DNA of 64,000 nucleotides. Origin: the human T2T-CHM13v2.0 reference genome, Homo sapiens. The number at the start of each line of letters is the position of its first letter. The first letter of the stretch is position 1. A program made the translations under genes and the position numbers. The notes beneath the pieces were generated by a model that searched no databases, was not told the origin of the DNA, and saw only the letters and a program-made list of their open reading frames with translations. Positions 1 to 11,769 of the stretch are shown here, piece after piece. The stretch lies in NCBI RefSeq assembly GCF_009914755.1, contig NC_060936.1; one strand, given 5' to 3'.

Positions 1-1094
1 TGTGTATTGTAGGAATGAATTTGATGAAGTATTCATAAATTACGGGTTGAGGGATGAATTTTTGAGTAGCTAAGGGGCTCTGCAACTATGCTGGTTGACT
101 GCTTATACACACATATACACACATACAGTTTAATAATTACATGGGGTATAGAAAAAGAGTTGGACAAATAAGTCTCATCCAAGTCTTTTCCCACCAAATT
201 TGTCTCCGAACTAGGAATGCTAAACAGCTCAAAACTAGTGGACGTGAGCTTTATCCAGTTCTCTGCTTCTTCCCACTCTAGTTGGAAGTGCTAATGAACT
301 GACAGCTCGAACAAAAGCCAGCACACAGTAGTCAATCACATTTTTATTGCATAAAAAATGAACCCCCCCCAAATCAGAGCACAAAATGATACAAGATAGA
401 AGGGACTTCAGTGTATCCTGTTCATTTCTATACTGCGTATCTGATCCCTGCATAATCACAGAGTGGCTAAAGATGATTCATCTGAAAGACCTATTTAAGG
501 AAGGAAGTGAAAGTCATAGGCTAAAAAATGGCCCATAATCAGGTGCTGACAGTTGTGTGTTGAAAGGTTCTATGTAAAGCCAAACTTTCCAACCACAAAA
601 AGGGACCTGTTTTGTTCAACATTCTGGAGCAAAGAAATTAAGGGGAAAGCCAAGCTAAGATGAAAGGCCTAGAAATAGTTTTAACTTTCATGCTTGACAC
701 AGGAAAATAAAAGAAACCTACTGAGTAGATTAAACAAATAAATGTCCAATCATGCATTTAATTTGAATTCCCATGAAAATCTGTCAAATTTGTAGAAAGA
801 CTCCAAAGTTTATTTTTGATACTAGATAGGCCATCTCCTACGCCAAAAATGGAAACGCCTCATAAAATTGTATACAGGTGACTTGGCGATTCAGTGGCAG
901 ACTGTTCAGATTGTTTGTTATTGATGTCCCTTGCTGCTTGCTTGTAAATTCATGTACAGATTCATTCATTCATGCATTTATTCTTTTTTTTTTTTTAAAT
1001 TCAACACATACTTAGTTACTTATTCATGCTGGGCATTGGGCTAGGCTTTGGAGACACAACAAATATCTCTTCCTCTGTTAAGAGACTTAGTCTA

Positions 1095-1421
1095 GGCTGG
1101 GTGCCGTGGCTCACGCCTGTAATCCCAGCACTTTGGGAGGCCGAGGCGGGTGGATCACCTGAGGTCAGGAGTTCAAGACAGACCAGGCTGGCCAACATGG
1201 TGAAACCCCGTCTCTACTAAAAATACAAAAATTAGCTGTGCGTGGTGGTGGGTGCCTGTAATCCTAGCTACTCAGGAGGCTGAAGCAGAAGAATTGCTTG
1301 AACCCAGGAGGAAGAGGTTGCAGTGAGCCGAGATCACACCATTGCATGCCAGCCTGGGTGACAAGAGTGAAACTCTGTCTCAAAAAAAAGAAAAAAAAAA
1401 AAAAAAGAAAGAAAGAAAGAA
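1095..1421 (+). mobile_element. Full-length AluS (Sq-like) with A/GAAA tail
   Basis: Starts GGCTGGGTGCCGTGGCTCACGCC, has both arms and an A-rich tail. TSD aagagacttagtcta (1080-1094) / aagaaacttagtcta (1422-1436). Confidence 0.95.
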
Positions 1422-1639
1422 AAGAAACTTAGTCTAGTTTGTCAGAGAAGAAAATGAACTTTTTTCTTTCTTTTTTTTACTGTACAGTACTGTAAGTGCC
1501 ATGACAAAAATAAGCCCATTCAAAATGCCAATTCAGACTGGGAAATCAAAGAAGGCTTCTGGGAAGTATTAATTGCTGAGCTGAGATTTGAGAAAGAGTG
1601 GGTTTAGCCAGATGAAGGAGAGGCACTAGAACATGGTTG

Positions 1640-1935
1640 CTAAATGCGTGGATTCTACAGCCAGGCTCTCTGGGCTCAAGTCTTGTTTTTTCCAGTAACT
1701 ATGCATGACCCCAGGCAAGGTTCCCAACCTCAATTTCTCAGTTCTTCAATTTCAACCTCAATTTCTCAATTCTTCAACCTCAGATTCCTCAATTTCTCTA
1801 TGAGTGGGGGTAACAATAGTACCTACCACTTACCTATCCCAGGTTTGTAAGGATGAATAAATGCATTGATATTCCCAAAGTACTTGGAAGAGTGTGTCTC
1901 ACTTAAGTGTTACATAAGTGTGTGATGAATAAATA
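1640..1935 (+). mobile_element. MIR SINE with an internally amplified core motif
   Basis: MIR-like ctgggctcaagtc...gcaagg...cctcaatttctc...ggggtaacaatagtacctacc...gtaaggatgaataaatg. Confidence 0.7.
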
Positions 1936-2259
1936 CAGGGGGAGGATGGCGAGTGTCTTGGGTGGCAGGTACGGCTGGTGCAATAGCTTGAAACGGCATG
2001 CATGCTGCATTTAGAAGACAGTAAAGAATAGAACGCAGGGTCCATGACTGAGGAGCATCAAAAGATAAGGCCGGAGAGACTTGAAGGCTTTGGTAAGGAA
2101 TGTGGTTATTTTCCTAGACACCATGAAGAACTCTGGAAATATTTTAAGCAAAGAAGTGAAAAGATTATATTTGCATTTTAAACAGGTCAGTCTGGCAACA
2201 GTGTGGAGAGTGGAGTGCATGATGGCAGGCAACTCTTGGAGGCAGGGAGGCAAATAAGG

Positions 2260-2420
2260 ACAGTGTTTCCAAAAATTGCCTGATAACCAGACTCGTCTGG
2301 GGTGCTTCTAAAATATGCAGATCCCCAGACCCCTTTGCACTCGATGCTGACTCAGATGATTTGGAGCAGGTTGGGTAATCTATGTTTTGAACAAGCAACT
2401 CTGGTGATTCCTGCCTTTTC
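2260..2420. mobile_element. MER5-like hAT-Charlie MITE
   Basis: cagtgtttccaaa...aaaatatgcagatccccagaccc...aatctatgttttgaacaagc...ggtgattc, typical of MER5A/B. Confidence 0.55.
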
Positions 2421-2545
2421 GGATTTTGCACTGAGTTAGGTGGAGGTTGTAGGCATCTAGGTGAGCAATAATAAGGATTTAAACAAGAGGAGTAGAAACA
2501 ATGTGGTTGGAGAGAAGGCAGCAAATTAAAAAAAAAAAATTAAAG

Positions 2546-2791
2546 CCTAGCACGTTGGGAGGCCAAGGCAGAAGGAGTTTGAGACCAGCCTGAGCAAAAT
2601 AGTGAGATCTCGTCCTTCCAAAATAAAAATTAAAAAATTAACTCGTTGTGGTGGCTCATGCCTGTAGTCTCAGCTACTCAGGAGCCTGAGGTAGGAGGAT
2701 TGCTTGAGCCCACAAGGTGGAGGCTGCAGTACATACCACTGTACTCCAATCTAGATGACAGTGTGAGACCCTGTCTCAAAATGAAACAAAA
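2546..2791 (+). mobile_element. AluJ, 5'-truncated with internal deletions
   Basis: AluJ-type ggaggattgcttgagccc and gagaccctgtctcaaaa. Left arm lacks the segment between two agga motifs at about 2575. Confidence 0.85.
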
Positions 2792-3493
2792 CATAATGAT
2801 AAAGCAGTAAGACTTGGTGCCACATAGGAAGGAGCCTAGAATGACACTCAAATGTTTGGCTTTGGTGACTGTGTAGATCGTGAAAGAATTTGAAAGAAAA
2901 GCAGATCTGGAAGTGAGGTTAATGAGATCAGATTCAGATAGGTTGAGTTTGAAGTGTCAGTGAGAAGAGTCTATTCAGAGGCTGCATACATATGCCTGAG
3001 TGCAGAAAAGAGACCTGGGCTGGAGACTTGTAATTGGAAGTCGTTAGCACATAGGTAGTAGCTGAAGCTTTACAAACTCCAACATTTAATCAGTGGGTAG
3101 AACATAATCCCATTTTATTTGTTCATTAATTTATTCACTTAATCATTTATTCAACAAATCAATTTTAAATGCATATTTTGTGCTAGGTGCCCTGCTACCC
3201 ACTTTTTCTATGCAGGAGACTGTGAAGAAACAGCTAAGAGGAAAAGAAGGAAAAGAGTAGTACTATCAAAGTCAATGGAGAAGATTGCGTCAAGTGACAC
3301 TGAGACTCCAAATGAGACAATGAGAGAAAAAGGTCCCCTGGACTTAGCCAGAAACAAAGAGGTCATTAGTAATTTGGGAGAGAATAGAATAGATTCTGTT
3401 GAGTTATGGGTAAAGAAATTGGATCAGAGGTGTGGCTTGAGGCATGAATGGGTAGTGAAAAAGTGAAGTTAATGAAGGAAGAAGAGAGAAAAA

Positions 3494-4037
3494 TGTGGCA
3501 GACTGCAGACATGGTTATAAAATCTTCTACCTGTTTGCCTGTCCCTTTGCAATATTTCTTTGCAGCTACTCCCATCAAGAGGTGGAGTTTATTTCCTCAC
3601 CCTTTGAGCTGGGCTTGGTGATGTGGCTTTATTGTGATCAATGGGCCATTAGCAAATGTGATACAAACAGAAGCTTGAAATATGATTGTGTATTGGGGCT
3701 TGCCCACTCTTGCTGCTTTTGGGAGCCTTGTGACTGCAACCAGGTAAATATAAACCTGGAGCAATTTGCTGGAGACCTGTGGCCAGTCACCTCTGTCACT
3801 CTGCTGGCAGCCAACAACAACTGACAGTACCAGCCACCAAACATTGAGTGAGATGTTGAATCACTCCCTAGCTGATCTACTCACTGACTGCAGCTGCATG
3901 GGTGAGCCTTGCCAATTCTAGCAGAAGAACTTCCCAGCAAAGTCCAGCCCAAATTATTGATTCACAGAACAATGACTATTATTTTAAGACACCCAGTTTT
4001 GGGTGTAGTTTCTTACACAGCAAAACCCAACTGATGT
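3494..4037 (+). mobile_element. MLT1-type MaLR solo LTR
   Basis: Starts TGTGGCAGAC, contains ctcccatcaagaggtggag...cttgagctgggc and gcagaagaacttcccagc, ends with the typical ttttgggtgtagtttcttacacagcaaaa. Confidence 0.75.
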
Positions 4038-4582
4038 AATAAGACCTTGTCTGAGTGTCATGGATTTCAAATGTCTAAGTTCTCTGGAGGTTTGTATGTG
4101 TCTCTGGGACTTTTGGCTGCAGTAGAAGGTCAGAAAAGCTATAGTTGTTCTTAGTCTCTTTTCTCTTCCTAACACATTGTTCCGGATAGAAACAAAAACA
4201 GAGTAGTATCCTAGAAATAGAATAACTGGGTTGCATAGCATTATTGATTCATGCAATAATATGGCTGAATCTTAAAATAATTATGTTGAGCAAAAGAAGC
4301 CAGACCAAACAAATAAACACAAGGAGAGTATGTATTGTATATTTCCATTTATTTGAAACTCCAGAAAATGTATAATCATCTATAATGAAGAAAGCAGATT
4401 AGCTGTTGCCTGGGGATGGAGTGAGGAAGGGAGGGACAGATTACCAAGAGGCATGAAGAGACTTTTAGGGATGATGTATATTCATTATTTTGACTGAGCT
4501 GATAGCTTTATGGGTGTATACTCTGTATATATGTCAAAACTCTTAAAATGATACATTTAAAAAAGATATATAGTTTAATGTG

Positions 4583-5372
<790 letters not shown>

Positions 5373-5450
5373 TAAATCAATTATACCTCCATAAAGCTGC
5401 TAAAGAGAAAAAGAGAAAGAAAATCTTTGAATTGGCTTCTTATTCACAAG

Positions 5451-6065
5451 TGTGGAGTCAGAATAATGATACCCCAAAGATATGCATGTCCTAATCTCTG
5501 GAGACATGAGTATGTGCAACTGTGTAGGACTGTGAACATGTCACCTTACATGGCAAAGGAACTTTGCAGATGTACAGTGATTAAAGGAGTATACTTGAAG
5601 ATCAGGAGAGTATCTTGGATTAATGGTGTGGGACCAATGTAATCACATGATCTCTTAAAAGGAAAGAGCATTTCTCAGTTGGGTCAGAGAGATGAGACGG
5701 AAGAAGAAGGTGGAGAGATTTGAGGGAATCAACCTGACATTGCTGGATTTGAAGATGGAGCAAGAAGTCTACTTGCCAAGCAAAGTGGTAGCAGCCTCTA
5801 GAAGCTGGGAATGAGCCTCAGTTTACAGGAAGCAAGAAGACAGGGACTTCAGGCCTACCTCTACAAAGAAGTAAGCTGCAAATAAACCAAATGAGCAGGA
5901 AATGAATTCTCCCCTAGAATCTTCAGGAAGAAATGCAGCCTACAGCCTCTTGATGAGACCCATGCTAGATTGCTGACCTAGTGAACTATAGGATACTCAA
6001 TTTGTGTTATTTTATGCTACGAAGTTTGTAGCAATCTGTTCCAGCAGTAAAAGAAAATGAATACA
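5451..6065 (+). mobile_element. MLT1D-like MaLR solo LTR
   Basis: tgtggagtcagaataatg...ccccaaagat...ccttacatggcaaag...gcctctagaagctgg...aatgaataca. Candidate 5-bp TSD acaag / aaaag. Confidence 0.85.
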
Positions 6066-6395
6066 AAAAGTTTTCATGGGCAGAAAGTTGGAATTATTGA
6101 CTCAAGTAGCTGTTTGAATGACCTGTGCTCCCAGTTATAAATCACAAATAATCGAGTTGATTGTATTTTGCCATTGTTTACTGCATGTTCCTTTCTCAAC
6201 AACTTTAGGTTTACTCACTTTTTAAAATGCAGCTCTAGCCACACAGTTGTTCTGCCATAGGCTGGTTGGGGTGTAGGGGGTGGGTAGTTCTTATGTCCTA
6301 GTCTGAGGCATACACAAGTTACGTTTTCTGCAAATATAGAAATATTTTCTCATTAAACACTGGTCACATCAAACATCACATTGCAATTTTTTGGG

Positions 6396-6421
6396 GTGTG
6401 TGTGTGTGTGTGTGTGTGTGT
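6396..6421. repeat. (GT)13 microsatellite
   Basis: Read directly from the sequence. Confidence 0.95.
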
Positions 6422-6499
6422 ACAGATTTTGAAAGCCAACAAATTTCAAGATAAAACATTGTACACTTTTCCAGACACCTAAAAACTTCTCAGGTTTAA

Positions 6500-6720
6500 T
6501 AGTCTGTAACAGGCTGTTTGAATTTAAATACTGGCTCCACTCTATACCTCGCTGGTTGCTTAACACTCTGTGCCTTAGTTTTCTTATCTGTAAAATGGGA
6601 TGACAGGGCTACACTGAACATAAGGATTAAATGAATTTGTCTCTGTAAAGCACTTTTAACAATGGCTGGTACATTGTAAGCACCAGTGAGTGTCGGGTTG
6701 TTAATTGTTATTATTACAAT
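6500..6720 (+). mobile_element. MIR SINE
   Basis: Core ctctgtgccttagttttcttatctgtaaaatgggatga...aggattaaatga...gtaaagcactt. Confidence 0.8.
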
Positions 6721-6779
6721 GATGTCTTTGCTGCCAGTTAGGACAATTTCCAACTCAACAGTGGATTCACCTAACTTCA

Positions 6780-8140
6780 TGTGCCCTAGCAGAGGAAACC
6801 TCAATTTGCTTGTGTGTCTGTCCCGCCAAGAAAATGCAGGTCACTTCCTCTGGCTTTCTTGCCTTAAGAGTTCCTGTTTCTGCCGAAGCAGAAGCAGGAA
6901 GAGAAAGTGACACAGTGATGTTTGCTGAGCAGAGCAGGATTCTGTCCAGTGACTTCTTTTTCCCCAATTAGGAGGCTGTGTTGGCAAGACATGGATTGTT
7001 CTTTACGCTTTCCCTATCTTTTCAGCTTTTTCCAAGAGGCCTTGGTCTCTATCCTGAGGCTTTCCTCATCAGCACATGACGGTGAGCTGAAAGATTCCTA
7101 AAGTTCTGTTGTCTCTCAAAACAAAACAGAACATTCCAACCAAATTTAAACAGATCCATTTACAATTTTATTACATATCAGCTTTCCTGTGTGGCATTTA
7201 TTTGAGGAAAGGCTCTCTCAGATATGAGGGAGTTGGTTTTAGAAAATTAAATCAGACAGACTAAAATGACGATCTGATTCATGAGAGGAAAGAAGATACA
7301 CTATGTGATAGAAGAGTTATTTTTGGAGAACTTATTTTCGTGACTCTGAATGCCCAGAGGAGAAAACATATGGATGGTATTGCTAATTTAGTACCATGTC
7401 TGCTTCAGGCTCTATGTGCAGTTTTCTACAGACTGGGCAGCCGACTCTTTGGTCTCCATTTTTGAATGGAGTGCTGCAAGAGATGCTGTCTGACATACGA
7501 AACAGTCAACTGAAAATAAAGTAGCAGAGTTAACGTAGGCAGTTTTCTTCACTGTGGTTACAAGATGGCAGGGCCTTCCAAATTTGCACACTGTACATTG
7601 AAGTGGAAGTGGATGCTAGCTCTAAAAGCTCTGTGTGGGCGGCGTTGAGAGTGGGTATTTTGATTTGAAAATTTTGTTAGTTGCCATAGTAATTGTCACA
7701 ATTATGTGGTTTGTTCGATCTTTGTGATACTGAACACCTATTAGCAGCACCCAGAAAGCGGTGTGTTTTAGTTTTTTTTCTTGTGCATACTTACAGAGAG
7801 AAAAACAATAATGTGTGGTCAGATTTTAAGATGAAGTAAAAACAATAAAAAAGTATCACATATCTTTATGTAAAGTGTGTTTATTTTCTTAATTATTTTT
7901 TAGTCAGATTTCTCTTCAGCAGAAAAGTCATCAGGAAGTGATTTTGTTTTTCTTTTTCCAAAACAAGGAGACCCAGAAACCAAGGTTACAAAGCTTTGTA
8001 AAAAGAAGAACAGGAAGCTCTCCTTTTGTTATTAATGTGTTGTGTCAGCAATGATGCTACTTAAGTTCAGGCTGAAATTTAAGCTGAATCAAAAGAGAGT
8101 GTGTGTTTCCACTCCCTTTGCATTTGTGGTGCTCACCATG
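6780..8140. promoter_or_regulatory. Candidate haematopoietic enhancer (PU.1, ETS-IRF and RUNX motif cluster)
   Basis: PU.1 site cacttcctc 6842-6850. GGAAnnGAAA composite 6897-6906. TGTGGT cores at 7553, 7705, 7814 and 8125. caggaagt 7932. No recognisable repeat. Motif evidence only. Confidence 0.35.
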
Positions 8141-8849
8141 GCCACTGATTATTTAGTCCTTGATTGCTTTCCTGGGGCTGTTTTGCAGGTGACTTTTGAA
8201 ACATGGAGAGGCATTATTTGGCTAAACAAACTATTTGTGTTGCAATTGTTATAGAAACTTGAATGCCTATAGCTAAATCTTCACAGCCTTCTTTATTTTT
8301 GCCTCAGAAGTATTTTTTTATCTATCTGAATATTATTTTCTAAATTAATTAAATGTAGAGATATAATGATAAAAAATAAGAGTATCTTCTTTGGGTTATT
8401 TCTGATTTTTATCAGAAGGAGATAAGGCCGGTTCTGATCTTTGACAGAGCTCTATGACATGGGAACTGAAGTGGCTCCATTGGTTGGCTGACTCATGAGA
8501 GAAGGAGAATGTGGGAGAACTGCTTAATCTGCAGTCTGGATGGCCATGCATGTGGGGATGGGAACAGGAGGAATTGACTACCTCTTACTGTTTCCAGTCA
8601 AATTTCCTGAAAGACTTTGTGATGAGTGAGTGATAAATGGTGTTTATTACTTTTAATACACAGATATGAGGGAGTTTATTACATTTAATACACCTATGAA
8701 GTGATCATTTAAGTATTAAATAGCATGTCACAACACTGAAATCTTTTTATAACTATTGATTTAACTGCCTTTGATACTTATTGTCAGTATTTGTGCTCTA
8801 AGTGCAGTTTTGTTTATTATTAAAAACACTTTGACCGTGCAAATTGAAA

Positions 8850-9765
8850 CGATGAAATACCTCTACACACCTATTAAAGTGGCCAAAATTCAGAACACTT
8901 ACAGCACCAAATGCTTGTGAGGGTGTAAAGCAGCAAGGACTCTCCATCATTGCTGGTGGAAACGTAAAATGGTACAGCCACTTTGAAAGACAGTTCAGCA
9001 GTTTCTTAGAAAACTAAACATACTCTCATATAGGTTTTGATACCAAGGAGCAAAATTGCTGAATTGTGCTCCTTGGTATTTGCCCAAGGGACTTAAAAAC
9101 TTATGTCCAAACAAAACCTGAACACGGATGTTTATAGCAGATTTATTCATAATTGTCAGAATTTGGAAGCAACCAAGATGTCCTTCAGTAGGTGAATGGA
9201 TAAATAAACTGTGGTACATCCAGGAAATGGAATATCATTCAGCACTAAAAGAAATGAGCTCTCATGCCATCAAAAGATATGGAGGAACCTTAAATGTACG
9301 TTACTAAGTGAAAGAAACCAATCTGGAAAGGGTGCATACTGTAGGATTACAACTATATGACATCCTGGAAAAGGCAACACCCTGGAGACAGAAAAAAGAT
9401 TAGTGGTTGTCAGGGGTCAGCAGGAAAGGAGAGATGAAGAGGCAGGGCACAGAGGATTTTTTAGAACAGTGCAACTACTTTGTTTAACACTGCAATGATG
9501 GATATATATCATTATACATGTGTCCAGTTCATGCAATGTACAACACCAAGATTGAACCCTAACATATGCTGTGGACTTTGAGTGATAATGATGTGTCAAC
9601 GTAGGTTCACCAATTATAACAAATTTATTACCCTGGCAGGGCAAGTTGATTTATGGGGGAGGCTATGAAAGTAGAGGACAGGGGTTATATGGAAAATCTC
9701 TGTACCTTTTGCTCAATTTTGCTGCAAAACTAAAACTGCTCTAAAAAAGTCTTTTTCTAAAAAAA
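8850..9765 (+). mobile_element. L1MB-type 3' fragment (ORF2 end plus 3'UTR)
   Basis: cattgctggtggaaacgtaaaatggtacagccactttgaaagacag...tggaagcaaccaagatgtccttcagtaggtgaatggataaataaactgtggtacatcc...taaaactgctctaaaaa. Confidence 0.85.
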
Positions 9766-10973
9766 TTCTTTGATCCTAGGAATTCTACCAATCAGAAAAA
9801 ATGGCCGGGAAACTATACACTCTTGGCAAATTATTTTAAATGAAACCATTTGCTGTTGAAAAGTCATCAGTTTTATGGTTGGGCCTTCCTATGTAATTTT
9901 CTGTTAGAAATGTTGAGGATTATGCAAATGTACAATTTTATTAAAAAGGAAATGATGTAGAGTGAGATGTAGACTCAACTAAGGCTTCAAAATTTTATTA
10001 GATATATTAAATAATGCATAAACTTAAGAAAAATGAAAAAGTCACAAACCAGTATTAGCTTCATAATAAATTGTTTCTTTTTTATTTATATATTTTAAAT
10101 TTAATTTTTAATAGCTAAGACATTATTGTGGTTCAAAAACCCATAAGATGTTATACAATGAAAAATGTTATTTACATCCAAATGTCTTCCTAACTCAGCC
10201 CCTAGTTCTAACTCTATAGGTAACAGCTATCATTGAGTCCTTGAGTAGTATTCTAGAATTTCTTTATGCATATACAAGCAAATATATATATATATATATA
10301 TATAATTTTCTTCCTACTCAAAAGATTACATACTATACACACTCTTTTCACTTAACAAGCACTATTCTATACTGTTTCACTTAGTTACACTATTTTCATT
10401 TATGATAACTTGGATACCACTTAATTTCAGTACATGGAGACTTTCTGCATTCAGTATTTAATAACCACCTACAAGTATGGATATACACTATTTATTTAGC
10501 TAGATATATATTGGTGGACATTAGGATATTTCCAAATTTTTCATTGCAATGAGTAATGCTGTACATACAATATTTCACATATTCCTTATGTATGTCTGGG
10601 ATTTGCTAGCAGTGAAATTTCTAGGCTGAGAAGTATATGCATTTGTAATTGGTAAAGATATTAGCACAATGCCTATTTATACTCCAATCAGCAATACGTG
10701 AGAAAATACTTTTCCCCTCAGAGTCCTATCAACAGATTATGTTAGCTAGCTTTGGATTTTTGCCAAATGAGAGGGTCAAAAATTATATTCATTTGTGGTT
10801 TCAATTTACTTTTCTTTTTTTTAAGAGTGAAGTTGATTATCTTGTTATTTATTTAGGAGAAATTTTATTTCCTTTTCTATGTTCTGAATGGGTCTTACCA
10901 ATTTTTAATATTAGGGAGTCTAGCCCTTTGTTTGTGATATGAGTTGCAAATATTTCTCTCAGTTTTTCTTTTT

Positions 10974-11769
10974 TTTTTTTTTTTTTTTTTTTTTTTATTG
11001 ATCATTCTTGGGTGTTTCTCGCAGAGGGGGATTTGGCAGGGTCATAGGACAATAGTGGAGGGAAGGTCAGCAGATAAACAAGTGAACAAAGGTCTCTGGT
11101 TTTCCTAGGCAGAGGACCCTGCGGCCTTCCGCAGTGTTTGTGTCCCTGGGTACTTAAGATTAGGGAGTGGTGATGACTCTTAACGAGCATGCTGCCTTCA
11201 AGCATCTGTTTAACAAAGCACATCTTGCACCGCCCTTAATCCATTTAACCCTGAGTGGACACAGCACATGTTTCAGAGAGCACAGGGTTGGGGATAAGGT
11301 CACAGATCAACAGGATCCCAAGGCAGAAGAATTTTTCTTAGTACAGAACAAAATGAAAAGTCTCCCATGTCTACTTCTATCCACACAGACCCGGCAACCA
11401 TCCGATTTCTCAATTTTTTCCCCACCCTTCCCGCCTTTCTATTCCACAAAACCGCCATTGTCATCATGGCCCATCCCCAATGAGCCGCTGGGCACACCTC
11501 CCAGACGGGGTCGTGGCTGGGCAGAGGGGCTCCTCACTTCCCAGTAGGGGCGGCCCGGCAGAAGCGCCCCTCACCTCCTGGATGGGGCGGCTGGCTGGGC
11601 GGGGGGCTGTCCCCCCCACCTCCCTCCCGGACGGGGCGGCTGGCCGGGCAGAGGGGTCCTCACTTCCCAGTAGGGGCGGCCGGGCAGAGGCGCCCCTCAC
11701 CTCCCGGACGGGGCAGCCGGCCGGAAGGGGGGCTGACCCCCGCACCTCCCTCCCGGACGGGGCGGCTGG
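10974..11769 (-). mobile_element. SVA retrotransposon, 5'-truncated in the VNTR (SVA_E-like)
   Basis: Poly-T, then SINE-R (ttattgatcattcttgggtgtttctcgcagaggggg...), then GC-rich VNTR units (cctcacttcccagtaggggcggcc, cctcccggacggggcggctgg). TSD cagtttttcttttt at 10960-10973 and 11770-11783, with a TT/AAAA-type L1 endonuclease site. Subfamily from recalled diagnostic bases. Confidence 0.95.

Larger units (their letters stand above)
960..3460 (-). mobile_element. Fragmented old L2 LINE, interrupted by Alu, MIR and MER5-like insertions
   Basis: L2 3'-end signature (ttcattcattca...caacacatacttagttacttattcatgctgggcattgggctagg) at about 960-1060. Purine-rich L2-like segments continue at about 1500-1620, 1960-2260 and 2800-3460. 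Boundaries approximate. Confidence 0.6.
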
